Shown here: positions 16,820 to 25,950 of the stretch, one piece after another
How the letters are laid out: the number at the start of each line of letters is the position of its first letter
Numbering within the stretch: position 1 is the stretch's first letter
Source: an uncultured archaeon
Lineage (GTDB): Archaea > Asgardarchaeota > Lokiarchaeia > Sigyniarchaeales > Promethearchaeaceae
Direction: 5' to 3'
DNA: 32,000 nucleotides
NCBI GenBank assembly: GCA_964426185.1
Contig: CAYRPF010000016.1
Span: 16,191 to 48,190, forward strand
Made by a program: the position numbers and the translations under genes
The notes under the pieces: model-generated
What the model saw: only the letters and a program-made list of their open reading frames with translations
What the model was told of the DNA's origin: nothing
Databases searched by the model: none

Positions 16820-19237
16820 TTAACTGATTTCTATCATCGACCATATCGTAGCAGCTAATGATAAATTTCCAGAATAAAACCATTTTAAGCCAATCGAAAA
16901 TAACAGCCAGTTAATTTGCTCCGAAAAACCATAAAATTCCTCAATAAAGGTGAAGCTGTTAAACTGTTCCAAGAAATTAATCATGTTAGGAGTAGGCAAG
17001 TTAATAAATTCTGCCACTAACGATGCATTCATGTATTTTACTATTTCAGGAATTTCGGCTTGTTGATTCATTAAGCGCACTGCGTTTAAAAAATTTACAT
17101 AAATATCCAGCGAAGAAAATTGAAATGAACCAAGATAATCATCCCAATTATTGGAAATTTGGGCTAATTTTAAATGAGAAAGTAAAATTTTTTGGGGTAG
17201 CAAATCTTCATTTAAGTTCCCAGTTAAATAAATTTGAAAGTTTTGTAGTCCTTCTCCCAATTTTGCACGCCTGGTAATCAGCGGATTACGAGGAATCATT
17301 AAAACTTGGGGTCCTCCCCTTGGATTCTCATAGACGTAGAACTGATGGGGTATTTTTTCAAACTTGAAATAATATAAGGAATTAGTAGGAAGGTTGATAC
17401 CGTGGCTGCACAAAAATTCTATCTCAGCTTGATTTAATACTTTACCTTGATTATGCTTTTTAAGATACACATATATCTTTTTTAAAGATTTAGTTTCAAG
17501 ACTATCTTGAACAAAATTATCTACTGCGGTGGTTGAAATTAGTCGGGTTTGATTTGGATCGATAATTTGGGTAGATTCGTGAGATGAAAACCATGTCGAA
17601 TCAATTAATGAATTGGTTATTTCTTCAGTGTTTTTAGAAAAAGGGGCTGTAATAGTATCAAGATTCGGTGCAATTGACTCAGGAAGTAAATCTAAATCCA
17701 TATTTTGGGTCATATTTTCTTTATTGGCTTGAGAAGAGAATAAAATTTGAGTTTTATTATCTAAATCGGCATTTTCTTGCTGATTTTGGAATAATTTTTG
17801 GGGTTGATAATCTAAATGTAAGAAATATTTTTGCTTTTTCATCTCCTCAATTTTCTGCCAATTGACTTTGGGCTTTAATTTTTCAATTTCTTGGGCGATT
17901 TTCTGCGTATTTTTTTCCATATTTATTTCATAGCTGAGTAAATGGAGCTCTTCCAATAATAGGAATATTTCTTCAGTATTTTGTTTTTTTCTTGCCTCTT
18001 GAATCGCCTTTGATATGATTTTATACCTGATTTTATTGATTTTTTCCAATTCAGCTTGAATCTTCTTAATTTTCTTAGCATTCTCACTTTTTTGATAATG
18101 GTATTTTGCTTCATTTAGATAAGATACTTTTTTTTGTAATTCTTCTGGTGAAATATCAGAAAGATTATGGGCTTGGGATGTTGCAAAATCCCCCTGTTTT
18201 TCATAGAATTGATGGATTTCTCCAGAAATGCGTGTCAATTCCTTCTTTGCATTAATTTCTTTGAAAATATGATATGCTTTTTCATAATATTCTAATGCAA
18301 TCTTGGTATCGTTTTGAGTCTCTAATTCTTTGGCTTTGTTCTCATACCACCTTCCAAGTTGGATATTTACTTCCAGGAATTTAGTTTTAGCTTGCTTCTT
18401 ATGGCTTTCATCTCCAATAGAGTGGAATTTTGTATAAGCAGATTTATATTTCTGGATACTGGCACAATATTCATGTTGTTGGGCAAGCATATCTCCATGA
18501 TTGAGATCGATATATGCCAGTTTGCTAATTAACTTCATCTGTGCTTTTTGAAACATTAATGTGATTTTCTTTGGATTTTCTTTTTCTTTTATTAAATTCT
18601 TTATTTTTTGCCACGTTTCGAGCGCCTGAATGATCTTATCTTGCGATATTACCTGATCAAATTTATCGAGTAAGTAGTAGGTTATTTCTTTTTCCACATA
18701 TTGCTGAATTTTTTGGAATTCTGACTTATTTGGATTGAAGAATTTAGTCAATTGTGGAATGCGTAAGAAGAAATCCGTATAAAGTAATGAGACATAACCA
18801 AATAAGTTAATAATTTCCGAAAAATGGCGTTCTAAATGGCGTCTCTTTAGTTCTACACTCCGAATAGTGGTTAATACCTTAAAAACCCATGTTTCAAAGA
18901 GTTTAAATGCATTTTTTGAGTTATTAATCAAAGTTTTATCAAAATCATTTAAAAATTGATAAAGTGAATTTTGGAGATCCAGCAAATTGATTAAAAAAAC
19001 ACTCGATTTGCGGTCATCATTACCTCGAACTGCTTCTTCAGCCTTTGCCAATTGCTTATCAAAGAGAATTTTTAGACAGAGAATAAAATTCTGCTCTACT
19101 TCAAATCTGTCCGTTGGAGATAGAATTTCGCTGTTACGTTTTAAATAATAGAGGTATTTTAATGCAGGTTGAAATTGTCCACTTTTTAAGAACCTTACTG
19201 CTTTTGCAACAGTAATTTTAGGGGGATTACCAACCAT
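16820..19237 (-). CDS. Large helical-repeat (TPR/SNAP-like) protein with a low-complexity linker and an unknown C-terminal domain
   Basis: Repeated TPR-like helix pairs (GDMLAQQHEYCASIQKYKSA; AKELETQNDTKIALEYYEKAYHIF; KVSYLNEAKYHY) and a polar linker at about aa 475-585. Confidence 0.65.
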   Translation of the reverse strand: MVGNPPKITVAKAVRFLKSGQFQPALKYLYYLKRNSEILSPTDRFEVEQNFILCLKILFDKQLAKAEEAVRGNDDRKSSVFLINLLDLQNSLYQFLNDFDKTLINNSKNAFKLFETWVFKVLTTIRSVELKRRHLERHFSEIINLFGYVSLLYTDFFLRIPQLTKFFNPNKSEFQKIQQYVEKEITYYLLDKFDQVISQDKIIQALETWQKIKNLIKEKENPKKITLMFQKAQMKLISKLAYIDLNHGDMLAQQHEYCASIQKYKSAYTKFHSIGDESHKKQAKTKFLEVNIQLGRWYENKAKELETQNDTKIALEYYEKAYHIFKEINAKKELTRISGEIHQFYEKQGDFATSQAHNLSDISPEELQKKVSYLNEAKYHYQKSENAKKIKKIQAELEKINKIRYKIISKAIQEARKKQNTEEIFLLLEELHLLSYEINMEKNTQKIAQEIEKLKPKVNWQKIEEMKKQKYFLHLDYQPQKLFQNQQENADLDNKTQILFSSQANKENMTQNMDLDLLPESIAPNLDTITAPFSKNTEEITNSLIDSTWFSSHESTQIIDPNQTRLISTTAVDNFVQDSLETKSLKKIYVYLKKHNQGKVLNQAEIEFLCSHGINLPTNSLYYFKFEKIPHQFYVYENPRGGPQVLMIPRNPLITRRAKLGEGLQNFQIYLTGNLNEDLLPQKILLSHLKLAQISNNWDDYLGSFQFSSLDIYVNFLNAVRLMNQQAEIPEIVKYMNASLVAEFINLPTPNMINFLEQFNSFTFIEEFYGFSEQINWLLFSIGLKWFYSGNLSLAATIWSMIEIS

Positions 19238-19300
19238 AGATAATAGTAAAACATTCCACCAAAAAAATCCTTACCATCAAAGAGATTACACGGATTTTTT

Positions 19301-20434
19301 TTATCTTGGTGTAACGAAAATATTCAAACCAGAATCATCTATTTCGGTAAATGACTCAGATTTATTCTTTTCAATTTCTGTAATTTCCTGCCAAATTTCA
19401 ATTTTTTTCCGATTAATTAACTGTAAAAGATAAAGAACTGTTTGAACTATACCTTCAGGTTCTGGAGAAATTATAAGAGAAAGAAACGAAACTGGGCAGT
19501 TAGGCTTATAACATTCTTTAATTTTTTGGTATAAATCCGATATCTGTTCTTCCACATATACTCGCTTTTCTTCCGCCTTTTTTAAAAGATTTGCATGCAG
19601 AACATTATCTGGGCTTTTAGTCAGTGGAGAAAATTTCAATGTTTTTGAAGGCGTACGAATTTGAGTTTTAAACGTTTTTATCAAAGCGGAACCTAATTCA
19701 GAGAAATTTACCTTGCGATATACCTTTCGTAAAGGTGAAGATAAATAGCGGTTTCCGTCTCGATCTTGGTTGAAGAAGCGATTAATTGATGTCATTTGCG
19801 CCAACATAGCATTCCTTTCTTGTAAGTACTGCGATAATTGCGCATCATCTACAATTTCGGTGTTATTGTCAAATGCTTGACGTTTTTGTGATTTACCTAA
19901 AATTGATTGCATAGATATCTTTCTATTGGCGAAGGAATCATCATCTTCGAAATCTTCATCATTATTTTGGAATTCATCTTCCAAAACTTCAATTTCTTCT
20001 AAAAAGTCTTGGGTATTTTGAGAATCATGCAGAATACTGGTTGATTTGACATTTATTAAACGTGAAGTCGAATAAAGAACCCGACCTCCTATCCGAAGTT
20101 GAATCTCGCTGTTGGAGTATAATCGCTTTTGAATTTTTTCCAAAGTGGATTTAACATCTATTTGCCATGGATTCTGTTTGAGTAGCTTGGAAAATTCATC
20201 AGAATCAATTAGTATCCCCAAATCTGCAGCTTTTTGGGAAATATTCAAATTTGCAGAAGAAGAAAATGAAGAAGAATTTATGTGTGAGATGGAAGGTGGA
20301 GATTGAATGTAGGGATAAGAATGAGAGGAAATGCTATTTTCAATATCTTTTACAATATTCGAGTGATTTTGATTCGATTTTTGAAAATTTTTCTTCAAAT
20401 CGTTATCATTGTTTAATTTAAAGTCGTTGTTCAT
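19301..20434 (-). CDS. scpA: Kleisin ScpA (segregation and condensation protein A)
   Basis: NPWQIDV...LRIGGRVLYSTSRLINVKS N-terminal domain; PLRKVYRKVNFSEL; C-terminal winged helix VSFLSL...VQTVLYLLQLINRKKIEIWQE...IFV. Confidence 0.85.
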   Translation of the reverse strand: MNNDFKLNNDNDLKKNFQKSNQNHSNIVKDIENSISSHSYPYIQSPPSISHINSSSFSSSANLNISQKAADLGILIDSDEFSKLLKQNPWQIDVKSTLEKIQKRLYSNSEIQLRIGGRVLYSTSRLINVKSTSILHDSQNTQDFLEEIEVLEDEFQNNDEDFEDDDSFANRKISMQSILGKSQKRQAFDNNTEIVDDAQLSQYLQERNAMLAQMTSINRFFNQDRDGNRYLSSPLRKVYRKVNFSELGSALIKTFKTQIRTPSKTLKFSPLTKSPDNVLHANLLKKAEEKRVYVEEQISDLYQKIKECYKPNCPVSFLSLIISPEPEGIVQTVLYLLQLINRKKIEIWQEITEIEKNKSESFTEIDDSGLNIFVTPR

Positions 20435-20679
20435 AAGATTCTATTCCCTATAATGGTATCTGCTAAAACAATAAAGACGAAACAAAAGCAATAAATTTAT
20501 AATGCTATTATAGAGATATCATAGTGATAATGTAAGCATATTACCCATGAACATCCAAGGGAATTATTAAGCAAGATTTATATATCACTTTTTCTTTCAT
20601 CGAGAAATGTTCAAATAATTATTTAAGCCAAAAAATCAAATACTTAAGAGAAGGATCATTGAGAAAATAGTGACATATC

Positions 20680-20988
20680 ATGATAGATTCAAAGGCTATT
20701 AAAGCAATAATTTCTAAATTTATGCAAGATGAACAGACACGCGCTGTTATCATTTGCGATTCAGAAGGACTACCTATTCAATCTTCCTATCGAGGGGAAC
20801 AGATCGAGAAAACTGAAGAAATTGCGGCTTATATTACGGCATTAATCTCACGAGGGAAGCAAACCGTTGAAGTTTTAGGAGAAGGGCGTTTGAATTTTGT
20901 TCGTTTAGAAACCGATAAAGGAGAAGTCATGATTGCTCCTCAGGAAGGTTTAATTTTAATTGTGTTACGAAATACAACAGAAATATAA
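20680..20988 (+). CDS. Roadblock/LC7 (MglB/LAMTOR-like) domain protein
   Basis: AVIICDSEGLPIQSS...EEIAAY...GRLNFVRLETDKGEVMIAP..LILIVL. Confidence 0.9.
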   Translation: MIDSKAIKAIISKFMQDEQTRAVIICDSEGLPIQSSYRGEQIEKTEEIAAYITALISRGKQTVEVLGEGRLNFVRLETDKGEVMIAPQEGLILIVLRNTTEI

Positions 20989-21060
20989 TTTTTAAACATT
21001 AAATTTAAATTACTAATTTTTATCGCTAATTTTTTATAGATTTTTAACTAATTGACATAT

Positions 21061-21402
21061 ATGAACATCGAAGAAGTGGGACCGAAATTAGCTGCCGCAA
21101 TGGATGCTGTTCCAGTTTGTGAAGGCTTAATATTGGCAAAAATAAGCGGGGAAGTATTGATTGGACAAACTCTTACAGAGCTGAATCATGGAGAAATCGC
21201 TAAATCTTTTAGTAAACTTTTCGAAGTGGACTTTTCTTATTTAGAAAGAGGAAAATTGCAAGATTACACCATTAATTTGGAAAATGGGTCAATTATTGCG
21301 GTTAGAAATGAAGATCATATGTTGATTGGTTTACTTGGTGCTGACGGGAAATCTTCTGTTGGTTTATTAGTGAGGCAATTAAGAAACATTATGTGGAAGT
21401 AA
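21061..21402 (+). CDS. Roadblock/LC7 domain protein with C-terminal helix
   Basis: EGLILAKISGEVL...GKLQDYTINLENGSIIAV...SVGLLVRQLRNI. ATG 21061 preferred. Confidence 0.8.
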   Translation: MNIEEVGPKLAAAMDAVPVCEGLILAKISGEVLIGQTLTELNHGEIAKSFSKLFEVDFSYLERGKLQDYTINLENGSIIAVRNEDHMLIGLLGADGKSSVGLLVRQLRNIMWK

Positions 21403-21466
21403 TTTTTAGTGACATTTTTTTATTTTCCTTCTCATATTGTATTTTTAACGAATATAATCAAGTATT

Positions 21467-21595
21467 CTACCAGGTCTTCTTAATCTTACATTTATCTCTC
21501 CACGAAATCGGAAGCGTTTTTATATCACCAGAAGGTGTTTCTATCTCAAAATCTCGAAAGATCTTGGTTTGGGGTTTTCGGGGGCGACCTACCAT
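21467..21595 (-). CDS. Small basic protein with an AT-hook-like GRPRK motif (not in the ORF track); may be a gene remnant
   Basis: ATG at 21595 gives MVGRPRKPQTKIFRDFEIETPSGDIKTLPISWRDKCKIKKTW* (42 aa), in a locally GC-richer patch of an AT-rich intergenic region. Confidence 0.45.
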   Translation of the reverse strand: MVGRPRKPQTKIFRDFEIETPSGDIKTLPISWRDKCKIKKTW

Positions 21596-21947
21596 ATAAA
21601 TTCGAGTTTTTAATGTGATAAAAACTTTGTGGAAAATATCCAATAGAAGATTCTTATGTAAAAAGACAACTTTTTCTTCGCTTTAACAGATATTATTCTT
21701 CAAATTCATAAATAAAATGAAAATTAAGAAGATAGAATAAAAAAAAGGAGTATCCAAATTGATCCTTGAATTTTGAAATTCATCCAAATTAATTTTTTTC
21801 ATTTTTCCGACGAAAATTATACTTTTTTATTAATTAAGAGCCCTTTTTTTGGACATTTTGCTTTTTCCAAAATAATTTAGGTTGAATTGTGAAGTTGATT
21901 ATATATACGCAAAAATTTTACTAAGATCAAACATTAAGTGATATAAG

Positions 21948-22355
21948 ATGAGTAAACGACGCGAATTATATGTACTTGATAAAGGTGGTCAAATATTATA
22001 TTACTTTTCCACAAAATATGACTCAAAAGAAGATCAATCCATGCTTCTTACAGCAAGTTATCTAACTGGTGTATTGCAATTTGCCCGCCGGGCATCAGGA
22101 GACTTTATTTCCACTTTCGAATTGGGAACACTTCGAATAATGTTACGAGTTGGGAAAAATTTACCTCTTTATTATGTCTTAATTGCAGGAAAAGAAACAA
22201 AAATTAAAGAAAAACAAATTGACCAGATGTTAACTGCGATTATAGAGGCATTTGAAGAAATTTGCACACTTGAAAAATTAAACAATTGGAGTGGAAATAT
22301 TTACGAATTTGAAGAATTTACTCCAAAGGTCAAAAAAATTCTGAAGGTTAAATAA
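21948..22355 (+). CDS. Longin-like domain protein (Asgard eukaryotic signature protein)
   Basis: LYVLDKGGQILYYF beta-hairpin, LTASYLTGVLQFA helix, YYVLIA strand, and LTAIIEAF...WSGNIYEFEEFTPKVKKIL. Confidence 0.75.
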   Translation: MSKRRELYVLDKGGQILYYFSTKYDSKEDQSMLLTASYLTGVLQFARRASGDFISTFELGTLRIMLRVGKNLPLYYVLIAGKETKIKEKQIDQMLTAIIEAFEEICTLEKLNNWSGNIYEFEEFTPKVKKILKVK

Positions 22356-22388
22356 TCAAATTAATTTGGATAATTGTGTAAAGAAATA

Positions 22389-25064
22389 TCACTTATTCTT
22401 ATTTTTTCCCCAAGTTATCTTAATCTGGCATTTGGGATCGGCATAAACATGAATTTTGTATAAGGTTCCAAAATAGGTGGTTTTTTTAGATATCGGTTGA
22501 TTGCATTCTACCTCCATTTCTTTAGAATTGATTTTTGGTCCCAAGAAATAGAGATCACCAGCATGTTTTCCTGGAAGCGACACCTCAATAGCCATTATAT
22601 TTTCTTTGATATTCATCTTATATTCTTTTATTTCCATCGCACCTTGCGAAATATGAATGGTGGAGGAAATAAAAAAAGGTAAAGATAAAGCAGAACGGGG
22701 ATTTTCTGAATGACTTGGAGAGACGGGGACTAATGCCAAGTATCGACATCCATGACGGGGAACATCTGAAAGCACAATTTTTTCATCGATGCGCTTGCGT
22801 GCCAAAATTTTTTCATTCCAATAGTCAAACACGATGAATTCTTGTTCTTTGCAATAACCAATTTGATCTTGATAAATAATAAGATCGCGAATTCGATATG
22901 TCATACTTGTGGGTGATTTTTGCCAATTAATGCAACATACCAAATGCCGGATGGAAGGATTAGCATCACCAGAAATTTTCACCGTTTTAGCATAAAGAGT
23001 AGGCTCGGACCTGGAAAATAAATCTAAAGGAACGACCTCTGGCAGTTTAATAGAATAAGGGGGTAAAATTCGATTGAGAAGATCCAATCTTTCTCTATTG
23101 ACCTTCTTTTCATCATCCGAAATTAAGATTTGTCCCCCAGAAAGTCCGAACACCGTTAGTTCTAGAATAACTTCTTCAATTGTTAGTTGAGAGCGATTTT
23201 CTCGGACAACTACGCAGTCCGGGTCGTTAACCCACCAAGTATTGTGCATGTAAGATCTTTGAATTATTGATTTTAAAGCAACTTTTAGGGAAGGTGCAGA
23301 AACTTTTCCAATTTTATAGAAAAGTAACTCATTATTAGACCAATTAGCTGCGGTATCCGGCCCGATACGCATAATGTCTACAATTCCAACTGCTGGTCCA
23401 AGAGGACATCCACATCCTAAGACGATCTTTGAATCTCCGAAACCTTTTCTGATAGCCTCCAACCCTCTTCTTAGAATTTGGGCACGAGAAAATCCTGGCT
23501 GCTGGTATATGAAATCAATTGCTTCCGAAGCATATAAAAAGTCAATTTTTAAAAAATCAAATCCCCAATCATTTGAAATTACCTTGGTTTGTGCAGTTAA
23601 ATACTCACGCACTTCAGAAAGGCTTAGATCGATGGCATACTGATTCGCACCCCAATTCAAAGCAGTAGATACTGGCCTATTAAGCCGGTTTTTCAACATC
23701 CAATCACTATGTTTATGATAAAATTCTGATTTCTTAGTCATGAAAAATGGAGCAAACCATAACCCGGCCATAAAAGAACGTGCGTGTATTTTTTCCACTA
23801 GCCATCTCAAACTGTGTGGAAATTTATTATTGAAAACTTCATTATCTATGCCCCAGTCTCCGATAGTAGTTTGATATCCATCATCCAGTTGAATAAGATC
23901 GATGGGATATTCTGGGTGCTCTGAAAAAAACTCCAGATTGGATAGCACATCTGTCTCTTTCACTTTTGTATAATAATAATACCAAGAGCACCACCCCGTG
24001 AGAATTTGCTGAGACTTTCGATTATTTTTTAGATTTGATGCATAAATTCCAGCCATCCTGCACATTTCTGTCAAGATATCGTATCCTTCGGGGGTTGATG
24101 TTAAGCTTAAAGCAAGTTTTTCAGATTTTCTAAGGCCATCGTTTAAAAGCGAAAGTAAAATTCCGTCAGTTTGCGAATAGGCGCATAACCATTTGACTTT
24201 ACCTTCGAATTGAAGGCGATCCATGATAACTCTGCTGAACTGATCCTTTAAGGTTAAAAATCCTAACACCAAGCTGCATTGAGAGTTTTTATTATAAATT
24301 ACAGTATGATACTCACTTTGATACCGGCCTACCAGTCGTTTTTCTTGATTTTCCATATTAATTCGGCCCAATTTCACCGGAGATGAAGGCCATTTATCAT
24401 AATATGTCAATAAATAATTATTTGACCATGATTGCCATCCATTCGAATAGAAAGTGATATTTTCAGGATTTTGGGGTTTGGGTTTTTGAGGGATTGGAGA
24501 ATTTGGAGAGTTTGGAAAATTTAGAGAGTTTTGAGATTTTTGAATGTATTGAGCTTTTTGATTAAGATTTAGCGCGCCTTGATTCTTCATGTAAAGCGGA
24601 GCGTATGCATATAATCCATATGATTTCACTTCAGAAGGAATCAAATCAAGAAAAATTTGACTGGTTAGAAACATAGGTTCAGATACAAATTTGATTCCAT
24701 CAGTACGTTCTGTTAAAATTTGAAATCTCCAGCGACAAGGCAGTTCAATTTTCACATCAAGTTCTTCAGATTTAAATATGCAATGAAATTGTATCTGAAT
24801 TCCTGAACCAAGATTGTCCTTATATTCTGTGATTTCAACGGATTCAAGAGTATTATGAACTAATTTGGGGATTAAAGTAAGTAATTTGTTTTTTTGATTT
24901 TTAAGAAAAATCGCTCCAGAGGCTTCTTGTAAGAAAATATCTTCAGATTTTAAGGAGTAATGCAGTTTATTGTCCACCGAAAAGAAGGATACTCTATGGT
25001 TTTTCCAACTTAAGGTTAGTTTGTCTGAGGATTGTTCGACATTTACGTTTTGAAAATCGGTCAT
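22389..25064 (-). CDS. Alpha-galactosidase, glycoside hydrolase family 36
   Basis: NGWQSWS, GWCSWYYYY, IQLDDGYQ, GLWFAPF, nucleophile motif FLKIDF, acid/base motif RIGPDT, NDPD. Confidence 0.9.
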   Translation of the reverse strand: MTDFQNVNVEQSSDKLTLSWKNHRVSFFSVDNKLHYSLKSEDIFLQEASGAIFLKNQKNKLLTLIPKLVHNTLESVEITEYKDNLGSGIQIQFHCIFKSEELDVKIELPCRWRFQILTERTDGIKFVSEPMFLTSQIFLDLIPSEVKSYGLYAYAPLYMKNQGALNLNQKAQYIQKSQNSLNFPNSPNSPIPQKPKPQNPENITFYSNGWQSWSNNYLLTYYDKWPSSPVKLGRINMENQEKRLVGRYQSEYHTVIYNKNSQCSLVLGFLTLKDQFSRVIMDRLQFEGKVKWLCAYSQTDGILLSLLNDGLRKSEKLALSLTSTPEGYDILTEMCRMAGIYASNLKNNRKSQQILTGWCSWYYYYTKVKETDVLSNLEFFSEHPEYPIDLIQLDDGYQTTIGDWGIDNEVFNNKFPHSLRWLVEKIHARSFMAGLWFAPFFMTKKSEFYHKHSDWMLKNRLNRPVSTALNWGANQYAIDLSLSEVREYLTAQTKVISNDWGFDFLKIDFLYASEAIDFIYQQPGFSRAQILRRGLEAIRKGFGDSKIVLGCGCPLGPAVGIVDIMRIGPDTAANWSNNELLFYKIGKVSAPSLKVALKSIIQRSYMHNTWWVNDPDCVVVRENRSQLTIEEVILELTVFGLSGGQILISDDEKKVNRERLDLLNRILPPYSIKLPEVVPLDLFSRSEPTLYAKTVKISGDANPSIRHLVCCINWQKSPTSMTYRIRDLIIYQDQIGYCKEQEFIVFDYWNEKILARKRIDEKIVLSDVPRHGCRYLALVPVSPSHSENPRSALSLPFFISSTIHISQGAMEIKEYKMNIKENIMAIEVSLPGKHAGDLYFLGPKINSKEMEVECNQPISKKTTYFGTLYKIHVYADPKCQIKITWGKNKNK

Positions 25065-25149
25065 TATAAGAAATAATTGGTGAAACTTCCATAAAAACTT
25101 CTTCCAATAAGATGAATTGATCGATGATAAAAAGTTGTCGCTTGATGCT

Positions 25150-25935
25150 TTATAATTTATAAAGAGTTATGTTTCGATCTTTGAATAAATCGTTATAAGT
25201 ATTTAATTGTTTATCACGCGCTGCAGCGGAATCTATCTCCACAATTTGAATAGAATCGGATTGTTCGGGCGCACTCGCCAACAAATTACCAGTAGGGTCT
25301 GTGATTTGGGATTTACCTGTAAAATTAAAATGATCAGTCCCTCTCTTTTCTTCACCATAGCGATTAGCAGTAATTGTATACACTCGATTTTCTAAACTAC
25401 GGGTTATCATAGCTCGTTGACAGTAAGGTAAGACTAAATTGGCAGGATGAGCTATGATTTCTGCCCCTTGTAGAGCCAATGAACGACAAGCTTCGGGAAA
25501 GATCCAATCGAAACAAATCATTACACCCAGTTTGAAATTTTCCAGTTCAAACACTTGAAATCCACAGTGCCCGGGAGTGAACCACAATTTTTCTTTGTAA
25601 AACAAATGCACTTTTCTATATATTCCAAGGATTTCAGCTTTTTTTACCACAATCGCTGTATTATAAATTTTTCCTTCCATTTTCTCTGCAAATCCTCCAA
25701 CTATGATAGCTCCAGTGGTTCGTGAGAGTTCTTGCAAGAATACGGTTGTTTCACCATCTGTAGGTTCTGCTAGAGATTCTACTTCCTGGTGTGAGGTAAA
25801 GGTATAACCTGTTGCAAATAATTCTGGTAAAACTAACAAATCTGCCTTAACGCCGCGAGTTAGAAGGCGAAGATGCTGAAAATTCTTTTTCTTTTCTCCA
25901 AATTGGGGATGATATTGAATAAATCCGATTTTCAT
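25150..25935 (-). CDS. Nitrilase/carbon-nitrogen hydrolase family amidase
   Basis: Glu-Lys-Cys triad motifs LPEL, YRKVHL and ICFDW. ATG 25935 preferred. Confidence 0.92.
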   Translation of the reverse strand: MKIGFIQYHPQFGEKKKNFQHLRLLTRGVKADLLVLPELFATGYTFTSHQEVESLAEPTDGETTVFLQELSRTTGAIIVGGFAEKMEGKIYNTAIVVKKAEILGIYRKVHLFYKEKLWFTPGHCGFQVFELENFKLGVMICFDWIFPEACRSLALQGAEIIAHPANLVLPYCQRAMITRSLENRVYTITANRYGEEKRGTDHFNFTGKSQITDPTGNLLASAPEQSDSIQIVEIDSAAARDKQLNTYNDLFKDRNITLYKL

Positions 25936-25950
25936 AGCAATAAGCACCAA

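Noticed and set aside
21393-21599. 68-aa + strand ORF after the second roadblock gene
   Set aside because: Phe/Ile/Ser-rich translation of T-rich terminator-like sequence; the opposite-strand 42-aa ORF looks more protein-like.
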